Below are positions 9,002 to 19,518 of a DNA stretch of 64,000 nucleotides, piece by piece. The first letter of the stretch is position 1. Every line of letters begins with the position of its first letter. The notes beneath the pieces were generated by a model. That model had not been told where the DNA came from. It made no database searches and saw nothing but the letters and a program-made list of their open reading frames with translations. Source of the stretch: an uncultured delta proteobacterium (GTDB taxonomy: Bacteria > Myxococcota_A > Polyangia > Polyangiales > Polyangiaceae); NCBI GenBank assembly GCA_963696385.1, contig CAVOKF010000004.1:448001-512000 (forward strand), given 5' to 3'. The translations under genes were made by a program, and so were the position numbers.

Positions 9002-9421
9002 ATGGTCCAAGAACATTTGGCCGGATCCGTTGCGCAGGTGCTGGGGGCCAATGCGAGCTTTTATCGCGCGTTCACCAAGGGTGATTTCGAGGCCATGCGC
9101 GGGCTTTGGGCCGAGAGGAATCCGGTCACCTGCCAGCATCCCCTGTCGCCGACACTCATCGGGCTGGAGGCCGTGCTTGAGAGCTGGAGGCAGATCTTGC
9201 GCGAGCCGCCACCTTTGGCCATGCGCTGCGATGACCCCGTGGTCGATCTCTTGGGCGATGTCGCGCTCGTCTCCTGCTACGAGGGAAACGGCGACCACCC
9301 CGCGCATCTCGTCGCGACGAACGGCTTCGTACGCGAGGTCGACGGCTGGCGGATGATCGATCACCAGGCAGGCCCCCTCGGCCGGGCACGTTCGCGGCCT
9401 CCGGCGCCCACGCTGAACTAA
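9002..9421 (+). CDS. NTF2/SnoaL-like domain protein
   Basis: ANASFYRAF..GD...M..LWA...VTCQHP...ATNGFVREVDGWRMIDHQA. Confidence 0.8.
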   Translation: MVQEHLAGSVAQVLGANASFYRAFTKGDFEAMRGLWAERNPVTCQHPLSPTLIGLEAVLESWRQILREPPPLAMRCDDPVVDLLGDVALVSCYEGNGDHPAHLVATNGFVREVDGWRMIDHQAGPLGRARSRPPAPTLN

Positions 9422-9457
9422 GCGAAGCGTGGATTTCACGGACGGTCGGCCGGACGT

Positions 9458-11011
9458 TTGATACGAAGGCCTTCCCCCTTGGCAACCGCCTACCCTCGAA
9501 CCATCAGCACTTGGACCGGGGCCCGAACGACCGCCGCATGGTCGGTTTTCGTCGCGCTGTATGCCATGTTTTTGTGGGGGGTTGTCCGTCCGCCGACGAT
9601 TCGGGAGTGGAGGCCGGCCGACACGCAAACGATCGCCCGACATCTTGCGGAGCCTGGGGCCAGCATTCTTTACCCTCGTGTCGACTGGGGGGGCGACGGC
9701 CCGGGCTACGTGGAAACCGAATTTCAGCTCTATCCATGGTTGGTCTCGCGGCTTCTGCGAACCTTTGGCGACGTGGAGTGGCCCGGGGAGCTGCTGTCGT
9801 TGCTCGCCACCGCCGCGGCTGCCGGCGTCGTATTTCGCGGTCTCGCCCGCGCTCACGGTCCGTTCGCCGCGGGCTTTGGAACCATCGCGCTGCTCGCGTC
9901 ACCGGCCGTGATTTATACCGCGATCCGCGTCCAACCCGAGGCGCTCTGTCTGCTCCTTTACACGAGCGCCTGGTTCGCCTTTCTCCGCTACGAGTCGTCC
10001 TCTTCGTCCTGGTGGCTGGTGATTTACGCGGCTTTGGGAGCGACGGCGATGCTCGTCAAGCCGACTGCGGCCCAGCTCGGAATCTCGTGCTTTCTTCTGC
10101 TCCTCTTCCGGTCGCCCCACCGGCTGAGAACGTGGGGCCCGTGGCTCGCATGGGCATTCATCCTCTCGGTGCTCGGGCTGTATTTGATCCATGCACGGAG
10201 CATTTACCTGGAGTACGGAAACACCTTCGGAGTTCTTTCCGGCGGCGACTCCAAGTTGCCGAGGCTCGAGCATCTGCTCACTCCGCGGCTCTATCTGAAG
10301 GCGGCCGTCCAAGCCGTGCGTTGGGGTACCGGCGTAGCCGGGGCCGCTGCCATGGCGATCCTGCTCGTCATCCGCAAGAGGATCGAGTGCATCGCGGCAC
10401 TGTTCATCGGCAACGCCGTCTGGACGTTGCTCGCATTGCGATACACGTCGCAGGCGGCCGGCAACCACTATCATATACTCGGCGCCGTACTGGCCGCCCA
10501 CGCGGTCGCACTCGTGGCCGAGGCTGCCCTGCGATCGCCAAAGCGCATCGGCGCCGTCTCCGCTCTGTCGGCTGCGTTGGCCGTGGCACTCGGCGTGGCG
10601 CTGAAGCAGCGCAGCCAAGATCGCAAATCCGAATGGGACGCGCCGGTCGTTGCGGCCGGCGTCGCGCTCGCGGGTCTCACGCGCCCCGGCGATCTCGTCG
10701 TCGTTCGATCGCTCGAGCCACGATACGACTCCTACTGGCGCACGCCCAACAACTACCAAGATCCACGCGTCTTTTACCTCACGCGGACTCACGGCTGGGC
10801 GGTTGCCGCGGACGACGCCGATCCGAGCCCCATCGCGAACGCGAGCCGACGCGGCGCGCGCTATTACGTCGAGCCCATGCCTCGCCCGAAAGGCGGCCCG
10901 TTGGATGCCTGGCTGGCCGACCATTGCGCCCTGGTCACGACCACCGCCTTCGGCGGCCGGGTGTTTGAGCTGGATGGCGCGCGTGACGGAGGTCGTCGGG
11001 GCGTGCCCTGA
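9458..11011 (+). CDS. ArnT/PMT-like (GT39/GT83) membrane glycosyltransferase
   Basis: WRPADTQTIARH, EFQLY, multiple TM helices, LVKP; start codon uncertain. Confidence 0.7.
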   Translation: MIRRPSPLATAYPRTISTWTGARTTAAWSVFVALYAMFLWGVVRPPTIREWRPADTQTIARHLAEPGASILYPRVDWGGDGPGYVETEFQLYPWLVSRLLRTFGDVEWPGELLSLLATAAAAGVVFRGLARAHGPFAAGFGTIALLASPAVIYTAIRVQPEALCLLLYTSAWFAFLRYESSSSSWWLVIYAALGATAMLVKPTAAQLGISCFLLLLFRSPHRLRTWGPWLAWAFILSVLGLYLIHARSIYLEYGNTFGVLSGGDSKLPRLEHLLTPRLYLKAAVQAVRWGTGVAGAAAMAILLVIRKRIECIAALFIGNAVWTLLALRYTSQAAGNHYHILGAVLAAHAVALVAEAALRSPKRIGAVSALSAALAVALGVALKQRSQDRKSEWDAPVVAAGVALAGLTRPGDLVVVRSLEPRYDSYWRTPNNYQDPRVFYLTRTHGWAVAADDADPSPIANASRRGARYYVEPMPRPKGGPLDAWLADHCALVTTTAFGGRVFELDGARDGGRRGVP

Positions 11012-11094
11012 ACCTCCGACGACGGTCTCGCACGGCCGCAGAGCCGCAAAATCGGTTTGGATGACCCGTGCCAATCTCCTGCGTCGCTGGATCC

Positions 11095-13536
11095 TCAAGG
11101 CGGAAGAGACGAGCCGCAGTTTTCCGAGTCGTACAGAAGGTACTTCTCGCGCTTGGTGGCGAACGCCGCGAGCTCGGTGCCGTACGTGGCCACGATGGCG
11201 TCGAGCGGCAAACCCGCGTCGATGGCGCGCATCGCGCCGGGGTGCACGAGAAGCCGATCGAGCTTGGCGAACTCCCACGCGCGCGGGTACAGGCGCCGAA
11301 GCGCGCGGGCGACGGCGATGCCTGTGCGTACCGGCTCGAACTGCGTGCGGTCCGTTACGGTCAAATGCAGGCCGTGACACGGCTTGCGCGCATACGGATC
11401 GCGATCCGGAGTGAATGTCTCGCTGGTAAAGGTCACGCCCGCGAGCAAGTCACCCGCAAGGGCCGCGACGAGGGCGTCGCCGGCGATCCAGGGCGCGCCC
11501 AGGCGCTCGAAGGGTCCGTCCGTGCCCCGTCCGACGGAGAGATTCGTGGCCTCGAGAATTCCGACTGCGGGATAGAGCAAGGCCTCGTCGACACTGCGCA
11601 GGTTGGGCGAGGGATTGACCCAGGCGAGTCCTGTTTCGTCGCCATAGAGTGCGCGCCGCCACCCGCGCATGGGGACGATCGAGAGCGCGACGCCCATGTG
11701 ATCGTCGGCATTGAAGAGCGTAGCCAGCTCGCCCACGGTCATGCCGTGGCGAATGGGCAAAGGATGGTCGTTCACGAACGAGCGCGCGAGCGGCATCAGG
11801 ACGGGGCCGGCGACGTCGACGCCATCGATGGGATTGGGCCGATCGAGAACCACGAAGCGTAGATCGTGCTCGCGCGCCGCCTGCATCGCGCGCCGCATCG
11901 TCGAGGCGTAGGTGAAAAAGCGTGTTCCGACGTCCTGGATGTCGAAGACCAGCGTGTCGACGTCCGCCAGGCTCTCGGCGGTGGGGGCGAAGGCGTCTCC
12001 GTAAAGGCTGAAAACAAGCAGGCCGGTGCGTTCATCTCGCCCGCTGGCGACGTTGCCTTGGCGATCGGCATCCAGTCCGTGCTCCGGCGTGAAGATCGCG
12101 GTGAGTCGTACGCCCGGGGCATTGCGGAGCAAGTCGATCGTCGACTGGCCGTCGCGCGCGCGGCCGCTCGCGTTGGTGATCAGGCCGACGCGCTGCCCGC
12201 GCAGGCGTTCGAAGCCTTCGTCGCGCAGCACGTCGATGCCCGCGAGCACGCCGCCGGATGGCGCGCAGGCGGGGGCCCGACCGACCGCCGGCCCGATGGC
12301 TTGGGCGGCCAGCGTGTTCACGGCGGCGACCAGCGGTTTCGCGTCGCCCTTTCCGTCCGGATGCACGCGGTTGGTGAGCACCACCGTGAAAAGGTCCTTG
12401 TCCGGGTCGATCCAAAGCGCGGTGCCGGTGAAACCGAAGTGGCCGATGGCCCTTGGCGACAGTCCGCGGCCGCGCCAGGCGCTGTCGACGGTCCACCCGA
12501 GCGCGCGGACGCCATGGGGCACGTCGTAGGGGGCGATCATGTCGGCCACGCTGCGCGGCGACAGGATCCGCTTGCCGTCCACCGTTCCGCCGCCGAGGAT
12601 CGCGCGCGCATACAGGGCAAGATCGTCGGCCGTCGAGAAGAGCCCCGCGTGCCCCGCGACGCCTCCGAGCAAAAACGCGCGCGGGTCGTGCACCACCCCC
12701 ACGCGCCACGCGCCGTCCACGAGCTCCGTCCATGCGGCCCGCTTGATTTGGGCCTCTGCGGGGACGAATCGGGTGTCGCCCATTCCGAGCGGCGCGAAGA
12801 TCGCCTCGGCGGCGAAGGACGGCAACTCGCGCGACGTCACCCGCCGCACCACCTCCTCGAGGAGAATGAACCCGAGGTCGCTGTAGATGGACACGGTTCC
12901 CGGCGCCGACCGAACGGGCGCCTTGCACACGCGCCGGATGGCCTCGTCCCGGCCATGTGCGAAATCGTCCTTGGGCGTGTCGGAGGGCAGACCGGAAGTG
13001 TGGAGCAGGAGCTGGCGCAACGTGATGGCCTCTTTGCCGCTCTTGCCGCACTCCGGAACGTACTGCACAAGCCGGTCGTCGAGCCTGATCGCCCCGCGCT
13101 CGGCGAGAATCATGATGCAGGTCGCCGTGGCGATGGGTTTGGTGAGCGAAGCCAGGTCGAACAAGGTGTCGACGGTCATCGCCGCACGTTCCGGCAAAAG
13201 CTCGCGGTATCCGTAGGCACGGCGGAACAAGACGCCGTCGTGGCGGCCCACCAGGATGACGGCGCCGGGCACGTCGTGTGCGGCCGTGGCCTGCGCCACC
13301 CGAGCGTCGATCGCCGCCTCCGGGAGGCCGCTTTCGGTCTCCGGCGTGACGCCGGCCTCGACGAAATCGGTCGCCGTGAACGCGGGGGCGGCAACGAGCG
13401 GCGTCGCGAAAGCGATGGGCGCGGGCGTACGGGCGAGATCCTGGGTCCGTCCGCCGCAAAAGCCCAAGGACATTGCGAGCGGCACCAGTCGCCGGGCGGC
13501 GTGGCACACGTGCCGAGCGAACGGGACGGGGGCCAT
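11095..13536 (-). CDS. Serine hydrolase (beta-lactamase/AmiE-like) fused to exo-beta-N-acetylmuramidase NamZ (DUF1343)
   Basis: FDLASLTK (SxxK), YSD, GHAGLFS, HFGFTG; C-terminal GLITN, PEHG, DIQDVGTRFFTY, DRPNP, SPNL, GRGT. Confidence 0.85.
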   Translation of the reverse strand: MAPVPFARHVCHAARRLVPLAMSLGFCGGRTQDLARTPAPIAFATPLVAAPAFTATDFVEAGVTPETESGLPEAAIDARVAQATAAHDVPGAVILVGRHDGVLFRRAYGYRELLPERAAMTVDTLFDLASLTKPIATATCIMILAERGAIRLDDRLVQYVPECGKSGKEAITLRQLLLHTSGLPSDTPKDDFAHGRDEAIRRVCKAPVRSAPGTVSIYSDLGFILLEEVVRRVTSRELPSFAAEAIFAPLGMGDTRFVPAEAQIKRAAWTELVDGAWRVGVVHDPRAFLLGGVAGHAGLFSTADDLALYARAILGGGTVDGKRILSPRSVADMIAPYDVPHGVRALGWTVDSAWRGRGLSPRAIGHFGFTGTALWIDPDKDLFTVVLTNRVHPDGKGDAKPLVAAVNTLAAQAIGPAVGRAPACAPSGGVLAGIDVLRDEGFERLRGQRVGLITNASGRARDGQSTIDLLRNAPGVRLTAIFTPEHGLDADRQGNVASGRDERTGLLVFSLYGDAFAPTAESLADVDTLVFDIQDVGTRFFTYASTMRRAMQAAREHDLRFVVLDRPNPIDGVDVAGPVLMPLARSFVNDHPLPIRHGMTVGELATLFNADDHMGVALSIVPMRGWRRALYGDETGLAWVNPSPNLRSVDEALLYPAVGILEATNLSVGRGTDGPFERLGAPWIAGDALVAALAGDLLAGVTFTSETFTPDRDPYARKPCHGLHLTVTDRTQFEPVRTGIAVARALRRLYPRAWEFAKLDRLLVHPGAMRAIDAGLPLDAIVATYGTELAAFATKREKYLLYDSENCGSSLPP

Positions 13537-13614
13537 TACGGGCGAGGGTACCAGCCCGCTCGTTGGCCGACGCGAACGCTGGTACGGGACGACGCCAAAC
13601 CCCGCGCGGGTGCC

Positions 13615-14280
13615 TTATTCGCCCGGGCTGGGCCGATCCGGAAGGCCCGTGAAGACGACTCCCGCCCCCTGACTCTTGTAAATGCGGTTCATGTGGATCA
13701 AGACCGGCGTGAGGGATTCGAGGGCGATGGCGTTCACGAGCGGTCCCGCGTCGAGGCCTCGGAGCCCGAGGTCGCGCAACAGACCGATGGTCACCCCCTT
13801 CGCCTGGGCGTCGTCGGCGGCGACGAGCACGTCGCACTCGATCGCGTGCGCCGGATCCGCCAGGTGCGTCGCGCTCACATGGTGGAGCGCGGCCACGACG
13901 GGCGTCGAAGGACCCACGAGCTGTTGGGCCTCGAGCGCCGCCGCCCGACCGGCAGGGAGGTTCACGCGGCTCACCTTCGGCGGCACGAGCGGCACGGTGA
14001 CGTCGACGAGCACCTTGCCGGCCAACGCCTCGGCGATGGCACGGACCGTGTCGCCATGGGCGCCGTAAGGTACGGTGAGCACCACGACTTCGCCCTGGCG
14101 CGCGGCCCACACGTTGTCGCCGCCCTCGACCGCGAGCCCCTGGGCCTCGAGCGCTTCGGCGTGAGCGCGTGCCTTCGACGAATCGCGCGATCCGAGGGCA
14201 ATGCTGTGTCCGGCCCGGCCCCATCGCTGCGCGAGACCGCTACCCAATTTGCCCGTTCCGCCTACAATCCCGAGCCGCAT
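13615..14280 (-). CDS. npdG: NADPH-dependent F420 reductase (F420H2:NADP+ oxidoreductase)
   Basis: [36 protein letters not shown]; cof gene context. Confidence 0.9.
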   Translation of the reverse strand: MRLGIVGGTGKLGSGLAQRWGRAGHSIALGSRDSSKARAHAEALEAQGLAVEGGDNVWAARQGEVVVLTVPYGAHGDTVRAIAEALAGKVLVDVTVPLVPPKVSRVNLPAGRAAALEAQQLVGPSTPVVAALHHVSATHLADPAHAIECDVLVAADDAQAKGVTIGLLRDLGLRGLDAGPLVNAIALESLTPVLIHMNRIYKSQGAGVVFTGLPDRPSPGE

Positions 14281-14305
14281 CGGATCTCCAGGGCAACCCC
14301 CTAGC

Positions 14306-15094
14306 ATGATCACCTGCAGCCATCGCCTCGAGGTTATAGCCTTGCCGGGACTGCCGCTCGTCGCACCCGGCGATGACGTCCCTGCGCTCGTGGCGCGCGC
14401 GCTGTCGGCGGCGGGGCTCTCGGTCTCCGACGGAGACGTGCTCGTCGTGACGTCCAAGATCGTGTCGCGCGCGGAGGGCCGCTTCGTCGAGCTGCCTCGC
14501 GTCGAGCCGTCGCCCCGTGCCATCGAGATCGCCCGGCAAGTGCGCAAGGACCCCGGGGCCGTCGAGCTCATCTTGCGCGAGTCCATCGCCGTTTCGCGGC
14601 GCGCTCCCGGCGTCCTCGTGGTGCGGCATCGGCTCGGGTTCGTCGTGGCGAACGCGGGGATCGACTTGAGCAACGCCGTGCCCCCCGATGCGCCGCCGGG
14701 CAGCGGCCCGTGGGCGCTGCTGCTTCCCGAGTCGCCGGACGCTTCGGCCGCGGCCATCCGCGCGAGGATCGAGGCCGAGTCGGGGGCGCGCGTGGGAGTC
14801 GTCATCACGGACTCGTTCGGACGGCCCTTCCGGCTCGGTACCGTGGGCGTCGCCATCGGGGTGTCGGGGTTGCCCCCGGTGTGGGACCGGCGCGGTGAGC
14901 CTGACCTCTTCGGGCGCCCCCTGGAGAGCACCGTCACGGCGCTCGCCGACCAGGTCGCGGCCGTGGCCGATTTGGTGGCCGGGCAGGCCGCGGAACGACG
15001 CCCGGTCCAGCTCGTCCGGGGCCTCGGGTTTTCTCCTTCCGATCGAGGCGCGGGGGCCATCCTGCGTCCGGTCGACGAGGACCTCTACGCATGA
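14306..15094 (+). CDS. cofE: Coenzyme F420-0:L-glutamate ligase (no nitroreductase domain)
   Basis: [36 protein letters not shown]. Confidence 0.92.
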   Translation: MITCSHRLEVIALPGLPLVAPGDDVPALVARALSAAGLSVSDGDVLVVTSKIVSRAEGRFVELPRVEPSPRAIEIARQVRKDPGAVELILRESIAVSRRAPGVLVVRHRLGFVVANAGIDLSNAVPPDAPPGSGPWALLLPESPDASAAAIRARIEAESGARVGVVITDSFGRPFRLGTVGVAIGVSGLPPVWDRRGEPDLFGRPLESTVTALADQVAAVADLVAGQAAERRPVQLVRGLGFSPSDRGAGAILRPVDEDLYA

Positions 15095-16009
15095 AGGTCG
15101 TCGCGCTTTCCGGTGGCGTCGGGGGAGCGCGCCTGCTCGACGGCATGGCGCGCGCCCTGCCGCCCGGAGCGATGACAGCCGTCGTCAACACGGGAGACGA
15201 TTTCGTGCATCTGGGGCCTGCACGTGTCGCCGGACCTCGACACGGTGATGTACACGCTCGCGGGTCTCGCACACGAAGAGCGCGGCTGGGGGCTGGCGGA
15301 GGAGACGTTCGCCGCCCTGTCCATGGTCAAGCGCTACGGGGGGGCCGACTGGTTCGCGCTGGGTGATCGGGACCTGGCGACGCACCTCATTCGCAGCGAG
15401 GCGCTGCGCGCCGGGGAGTCGCTCTCCGCCATCACCCAGCGCCTACGGCGGGCGCTAGGGATCCCGCACCCGATCTTGCCGATGAGCGACGAGCCCGTGC
15501 GAACGATGATCGAGACCGTGCGCGAAGGGACGCTGCCCTTTCAGGATTGGTTCGTGCGCAGGCGGGCAGAGCCCGCCGTGCGCGCGGTGCACTACGAGGG
15601 CGGACGCACGCCGGCCCCGGGTATCCTCGAGGCCATCGACGCGTGCGACGTCGTGGTCTTCGGACCCTCCAACCCGTACGTCTCGGTCGATCCCATCCTG
15701 TGCCTGGACGGCGTACGCGACGCCGTTCTGCGCAAGCCCGTCGTTGCGCTGAGCCCCATCGTGGGCGGAGCCGCGATCAAGGGCCCGCTGGCGACGATGA
15801 TCCGCGACCTGACCGGACAGGCCGCGTCCGCCGGCGCCGTGGCCCGGCACTACCGCGGGCTGATTCGCGCGATGGTCGTCGAAAGCGGGGACGAGACGAC
15901 CGTCGCGGCGATTCCCGTGCTGGGGACCTCGATCATCATGCGATCCGGTGAGGACCGCATCCGGCTTGCGCGCGAGATCCTCGCGTTCTGCGCCGAGCTC
16001 GTACGATGA
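15091..16009 (+). CDS. cofD: 2-phospho-L-lactate transferase, split by a +1 frameshift near 15211-15216
   Basis: [10 protein letters not shown] and NTGDD in one frame; [23 protein letters not shown] in the next; removing one base restores H[L/W]GLHVSPD. Confidence 0.88.
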
Positions 16010-16620
16010 AGCGGCCCGCCTGGGCCATCGTCCCCGCGAAATCGCTCGTGCACGGCAAGTCGCGCCTTCGCCCCGTGCTCGGTGACGAGGACCGCGCCCT
16101 ATTCGCTCGGCGCCTCCTCGAGCACACGCTCGACGCGCTCAACGGGTGCGCCCTGGACGGTGTGCTGGTCGCGGCGGGCGATGACGACGTGGCCTCCCTC
16201 GCCACCTCGCGGGGGGCTCGGGTATTGCGGGATCGCGGTGAGGGGTCGCTTGCAGACGTCGTCGACCGCGCCCTCGCCGAAGTCGAGTCACGAGGCGCCG
16301 CGTCGGCGGTCGTGCTGATGGCCGACTTGCCCCTGATCCAAGCCGATGACGTGGCGCGCTTGTTCGCGGCCCTGGTCGACCATGACATCGTCCTCGTGGC
16401 GGACCATGTCGGCCACCATACCAACGCGCTCGGGCTTGCCCCACCGTCCGCCATGCCGACGTCGTTCGGGCGTGCGGACAGCTTCGCGGCCCATCGCGCA
16501 ATGGCGCGTGCGGCGGCGCTGCGTGCCATCGTCATCGAAAGCGAGCGCATTGCCTTCGATGTCGACACGCCCGCCGATCACGAGCAGCTCAAGAGGCCTC
16601 GACGGGCAGCCGGAACTTGA
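16006..16620 (+). CDS. cofC: 2-phospho-L-lactate/PEP guanylyltransferase
   Basis: [36 protein letters not shown]. Confidence 0.9.
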   Translation: MKRPAWAIVPAKSLVHGKSRLRPVLGDEDRALFARRLLEHTLDALNGCALDGVLVAAGDDDVASLATSRGARVLRDRGEGSLADVVDRALAEVESRGAASAVVLMADLPLIQADDVARLFAALVDHDIVLVADHVGHHTNALGLAPPSAMPTSFGRADSFAAHRAMARAAALRAIVIESERIAFDVDTPADHEQLKRPRRAAGT

Positions 16621-17854
16621 AGCGCGGGTCGCGCGCGAGTTGGTCGTAGCTCCCGAAGATCCCTGCGGGATCCTCTACGCCGTCGAGACGGTCGTACTCG
16701 TCCGGACCGGGCTCGCGCGGGAAGGTCCGCAGAACCTCGTATCGCGTGCTCCGCTCGATGGGCATGCGCCCTGCGTCGCGGATGGCGCGCCGGATCGCCG
16801 AGGGCGCTTGCAGCTGACCGTACGTGGCTCCGGCCGCGGTCGAGATGCTCTCGTTGATGAGCGTGCCGCCGAAGTCGTTGGCTCCGCACGACAGGAGCCA
16901 CTGGGCTGCGCGCATTCCGTCCTTCACCCATGAAACCTGCAGGTTCCGGATGGTGACGCCCAGCATCAGCCGGGAGATGGCGTAGAGGCGGATCACGTCG
17001 TCGCCGGTCGGACCTGGGCGCAGATCCGGCAACTGTTGCCGCAGCGTCATCGGCGCCTCTTCGTGGACGAATGAAAGCGGCACGAACTCGGTGAAGCCGC
17101 CGGTCCTGCGCTGGATCGAGCGCAACAGATTCAGGTGCTCCATTCGCTCCAGGTCGGTCTCGACGTGGCCATGCATGATGGTCGAGGTCGTGGGCAGGCC
17201 GAGTGCGTGCGCGGTCGTCACCACGTCGACCCACTCGGCGCTCGTGATGCGGCCGGGTGCAATCCGAGCGCGCACGCGATCGTCGAGCACTTCGGCAGAG
17301 GTGCCCGGCAGCGAGCCGAGGCCGGCTTCCTTCATCTCCTCGAGCACTCGACGCAAGGACCATCCGCTCTGGGTAGCGGCGTACTTCACCTCCTCGGGCG
17401 ACAAGGCGTGCACGTGCAGATCGGGCGCCGCCGCCTTCACCGCTCGGACCAGCGCGACGTAGAAACGAGCGTCGACGCCGGGCGCGAGCCCTGCCTGGAT
17501 GCAGACCTCGGTGGCGCCGAACGACTGCGCCTCGAGCGCGCGTCGCACGATCTCTTCGATGGGCAGGAAGTATCCCTCCTCGCTCCGCCGGGTCCGCGAG
17601 AACGCACAGAAGCGGCACGCCTTGGCGCATACGTTGGTGAAGTTGATATTGCGGTTGACGACATAGCCGACCGCTTCGCCGACTTGCGCTCTGCGGAGGT
17701 GATCGGCCACGGAAACGAGCGCAAGCAGCGCGGGCCCGCGTACTCCGCACAAGAGCAGGGCCTCGTCGACACCGAGCTCGACGCCCTCGAGAGCGCGGTC
17801 GAGAACTTTCCGCACGTCGCCCGATACCGCGCGAAATACCCCATCGAGGCTCAT
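16589..17854 (-). CDS. cofH: FO synthase subunit 2 (radical SAM)
   Basis: VVNRNINFTNVCAKACRFCAF, PGTSAEVL, GGFTEFVPL, GANDFGGTL.NESIS. Confidence 0.9.
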   Translation of the reverse strand: MSLDGVFRAVSGDVRKVLDRALEGVELGVDEALLLCGVRGPALLALVSVADHLRRAQVGEAVGYVVNRNINFTNVCAKACRFCAFSRTRRSEEGYFLPIEEIVRRALEAQSFGATEVCIQAGLAPGVDARFYVALVRAVKAAAPDLHVHALSPEEVKYAATQSGWSLRRVLEEMKEAGLGSLPGTSAEVLDDRVRARIAPGRITSAEWVDVVTTAHALGLPTTSTIMHGHVETDLERMEHLNLLRSIQRRTGGFTEFVPLSFVHEEAPMTLRQQLPDLRPGPTGDDVIRLYAISRLMLGVTIRNLQVSWVKDGMRAAQWLLSCGANDFGGTLINESISTAAGATYGQLQAPSAIRRAIRDAGRMPIERSTRYEVLRTFPREPGPDEYDRLDGVEDPAGIFGSYDQLARDPRFKFRLPVEAS

Positions 17855-19008
17855 GACGGACCCGGGTGAGGGGCGAGCCGCGCTTGCACTGCGCGCGTAG
17901 GCGCGACCAGGCGAGGGTCGAGAAAGCCTGGACGATCGACGTAGCGGTCGTAGATGGAGGCGCGGGGAAGCAGCGCGAAGCCGGCGCCGGCACACGCGGC
18001 TCGCAGCGCGTCGAGGTGCGGCCATGGGTGACGCGGGTTGATGTAGTCGGGCGTGACGGGCGATATGCCTCCGAAGTCGTTGAGTCCGGACGCGAGAAGC
18101 CGCTCGGCCGACGCCGGGTTCAGGTTGGGCGGCGCCTGCAACGAAATGTCGCCGTCGAGGATCAGGCGCGCCAGGGCCAGAGTGAGCGTTACCTCGTTGT
18201 CGTCGGGTTCTGGCGCGTGGCTCATGGGCACGCCTGGCACGGCACGAAAGTTCTGCACGATGACCTCTTGCACGTGTCCGTGCCTGCGGTGAGCGTTTCG
18301 GATGGCGAGCAGGCTCTCGACACGCTCGCGCCAGGTCTCGCCAATTCCGACGAGGATGCCGGTGGTGAAGGGGATCCGCAGTCGCCCGGCGCCGTCCATC
18401 ATGGCCAGCCGCTTGTCGGGTCGCTTGTCGGGTGCACGGTGGTGCGGCATCCCCGGCTCGCAGAGGCGAAGGCTCGAGGACTCGAGCATCAAGCCCAAGC
18501 TCACGTTCACTTCCTTGAGGCGCGTCATTTCCGCGTCCGACAGGAGCCCCGCGTTCGTATGCGGCAAGAGCCCGTGGGCCAGGGCCTTCGACCCCGCCCA
18601 AACCAAGTACTCGACCGTGCTGGCCTGGCCCAACGTGGCGAGTGTGCGGCGGTACGCGGAGAACGCCTTCTCCGGCTTGTCGCCGAGGCAGAACAGCGCC
18701 TCCGCGCAGCCACGCTCGCGCCCTACGGCGAGCTGCTGCTCGATTTCGTCGGGCGTCATCGTCCACTCGCCGGGATCGCCCGGCGAGCGGCGGAACGAGC
18801 AATAGTCACAGTGGTTTCGGCACAGGTTGGTGAGCGGCAGAAATACCTTGGGTGAGTAGGTGACGACGCGCCCAAAAAGCGCGTCGCGCACGGCGCAGGC
18901 CGCGGCGCGAATGTCGACGGCGTGGCCGCCAGCCAGCAGGTCGCCGTCGGCGAGTGCGAGTGCCTCGTCATCCGAAAGCGGCGCGGACAGAGAGACGCGT
19001 CGGATCAC
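17851..19008 (-). CDS. cofG: FO synthase subunit 1 (radical SAM)
   Basis: TYSPKVFLPLTNLCRNHCDYCSF, LPHTNAG, PFTTGILVGIGE, QAPPNL, GGISPVTPDYINP; start approximate. Confidence 0.9.
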   Translation of the reverse strand: MIRRVSLSAPLSDDEALALADGDLLAGGHAVDIRAAACAVRDALFGRVVTYSPKVFLPLTNLCRNHCDYCSFRRSPGDPGEWTMTPDEIEQQLAVGRERGCAEALFCLGDKPEKAFSAYRRTLATLGQASTVEYLVWAGSKALAHGLLPHTNAGLLSDAEMTRLKEVNVSLGLMLESSSLRLCEPGMPHHRAPDKRPDKRLAMMDGAGRLRIPFTTGILVGIGETWRERVESLLAIRNAHRRHGHVQEVIVQNFRAVPGVPMSHAPEPDDNEVTLTLALARLILDGDISLQAPPNLNPASAERLLASGLNDFGGISPVTPDYINPRHPWPHLDALRAACAGAGFALLPRASIYDRYVDRPGFLDPRLVAPTRAVQARLAPHPGPS

Positions 19009-19022
19009 GATTGACGTCGCGC

Positions 19023-19427
19023 TCAGCCCATCCCGGCGACGGAAGTCGGCTGGATCTCGTAGATCACGCGCACCTCGCCCGGCTGACCGAAGGGATACTT
19101 GTCTTTGCCCAAGTACTTTTTGGCGAGAAGGTCGATGTTCGCGGCTGCGCCTTCCTCGGTCGCCCGGACAATCGTGCCGCGGACAGCCAGATGCGCGTAG
19201 GGGTTCTCCGGGTCTACGATGGAGAGCGCGACGCGGGCGTTCCGCGTCATGTTGCGGTCTTTGATGCGACCTCGCGCCGTGTTCACGATGAATCGGCCTT
19301 TGTCGTACAGAAACCATACCGGCGTCACCTGCGGCGAGCCGTCGGCCATCACGGTCGCGAGGTGCGCGAGCGCCTTCTTCTCGGTAAGGACGGGCAGAAA
19401 CTTCTCGGGAATCGTCGTGCTTGCCAT
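19023..19427 (-). CDS. PPOX-class F420-dependent oxidoreductase (FDOR-B)
   Basis: AHLATVMADGSPQVTPVW, K.RN...N.RVALSIVDPENPY. Confidence 0.85.
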   Translation of the reverse strand: MASTTIPEKFLPVLTEKKALAHLATVMADGSPQVTPVWFLYDKGRFIVNTARGRIKDRNMTRNARVALSIVDPENPYAHLAVRGTIVRATEEGAAANIDLLAKKYLGKDKYPFGQPGEVRVIYEIQPTSVAGMG

Positions 19428-19518
19428 GGGCTTTGCCTCCGCGAGTTTCGACGACGCACTATAGCCCAGAAGAAGCGCGTCGAGCGCGCTCGCTCCGTCG
19501 ACGCCAAGCGCGTGCACA

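Noticed and set aside
11866..14304. 812-aa + strand ORF, 730-aa - strand ORF and other long Arg/Ala-rich ORFs
   Set aside because: Alternative-frame shadows of recognisable genes, expected at high GC
16589..19317. Possible fused FbiC (CofG-CofH)
   Set aside because: cofG ends in TGA overlapping the cofH ATG (ATGA at 17851-17854), typical of two coupled genes
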